Below are positions 62,960 to 64,000 of a stretch of DNA of 64,000 nt, one piece after another. The first letter of the stretch is position 1. The number at the start of each line of letters is the position of its first letter. Position numbers and translations under genes: made by a program. This stretch comes from Narcine bancroftii (taxonomy: Eukaryota), in assembly GCF_036971445.1 (NCBI RefSeq), contig NC_091470.1, positions 105,896,001 through 105,960,000 on the forward strand. The letters run 5' to 3'. Under the pieces are notes generated by a model. That model was not told the DNA's origin and did not search any database. It saw only the letters and a program-made list of their open reading frames with translations.

Positions 62960-63440
62960 CAGAGGCCAACAATTTCAATTCCACATACCAACACATCCGT
63001 CCATGGTCTAGTGCACTGCCAAATCAAGGCCACCTGCCAATTAGAGGAACAACACCTTATACTTCATATGGGCACTCTCCAACCGGACAACTTCTCTAGT
63101 TTCCATTAAACCCCTGCTCTCTGAGTCTATCTTTCCCTGAGCCTCCTTCCCATTCAGAGAGCAAACCCCTTCCTTATCACTTCTCAGCTCTTTTCTCTTC
63201 TATCCTCCCACCCATATCCACTTATGACCTCTTACCTGTTAGCCTGTGCTCCTCCCCCTGCCCCTTCCTCTCTCTTCTTCTCCCCCCACCCTTTTAATCA
63301 ACTGCCTACCTTGACAAAGGGCCCAGGCCCGCAACGTTGGTAACCCTTTACTTCCTACAGGTGCTGCGTGACCTGCTGAGTTTCTCCAGCACTTTTGTGC
63401 ATTGCACTACAATCCCAGTGTCTGTAGATGTTCCTGTTTA
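62960..63440 (+). mobile_element. Penelope-like 3' fragment
   Basis: gaggaacaacacctt..ggcactctccaacc core; terminus gacctgctgagtttctccagcac. Confidence 0.7.
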
Positions 63441-63709
63441 AGGCTGTCATCAATCTTACAAACTTAAGAATGGGCATACTGGGTTAAACATTTCCTGGGA
63501 CCAATGAGAAACTCTGGTTTGTAAGTTCAAAAATTATACATAACACATTACTGTTGTATTTAACATGATTTTTTAAAAGAAACAAAATATTGGCTATGTT
63601 CTTGAATACTTCCTGTGCAAAAGGAGCACAAGGCTGATAACCTTTACTCAACGACAAAACTGTCCTCATTCATCAACAATATTCCCTGAAAAGATGTTTC
63701 ACTAAATAC

Positions 63710-63890
63710 CTGAAGTTGATGGCGATTTTCCACCTCCAGGGGTCTACCTGCCCCCATACTCTCAGTAAACCACGTTATATCTAGTAATGTTGCAGTGAAT
63801 CCATTTCTGCAAAGCCCATTTTGTTTTTCCAGCCATTCCAAAACTTCATTTCCAGTGTTATTCTCTGACACAACATGAGTAACCGACTCA
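63710..63890 (-). CDS. POLM: DNA polymerase mu, exon 2 (BRCT domain: ESVTHVVSENN...LLDITWFTESMGAGRP)
   Basis: PolX BRCT motifs THVV and LDxxW; cttccag| acceptor, CAG|gtattt donor; 181 nt. Confidence 0.92.
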
Positions 63891-64000
63891 CTGGAAGACA
63901 GAAACAGTAAACTCACATTTAGAACTTGGTACAAGACAAATTCCGATTTTTTCTTCTTTAAAACCATCTGGCAAAAGTTAAACCTCCTGTGAATCCTTGT

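Overview
Vertebrate nuclear genomic DNA, most likely a cartilaginous fish (inferred from V-SINE/HE1-like SINEs plus CR1, Penelope and Rex/Babar repeats; species cannot be fixed from sequence alone). Two spliced genes lie head-to-tail on the minus strand. POLM (DNA polymerase mu) has coding exons 2-11 at 63890->35733, with exon 1 beyond the right edge. NUDCD3 has coding exons 1-5 at 34104->6170; its last exon was not found and probably lies beyond the left edge. All exons were traced by hand, with GT/AG boundaries and consistent reading phases. The introns are mostly decayed, nested transposons: CR1, Rex1/Babar, Penelope-like, L1-like and RTE LINEs, tRNA-derived SINEs, hAT/Harbinger/TcMar MITEs and a probable solo LTR. 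Most notable: (1) this Pol mu has TdT-like specificity motifs (DHFEKC, FERDLRRYA), an unusual CSH motif and a much longer Loop 2; (2) about a dozen hammerhead-ribozyme-like motifs sit in Penelope termini; (3) a 43-bp fold-back hairpin lies in POLM intron 5; (4) the POLM-NUDCD3 spacing and exon phases would allow an in-frame read-through chimera; (5) a very young RTE family is present. No prokaryotic-type system is evident. Reference protein comparisons are from memory of the human/mouse sequences, and TE boundaries are approximate unless a TSD is given.
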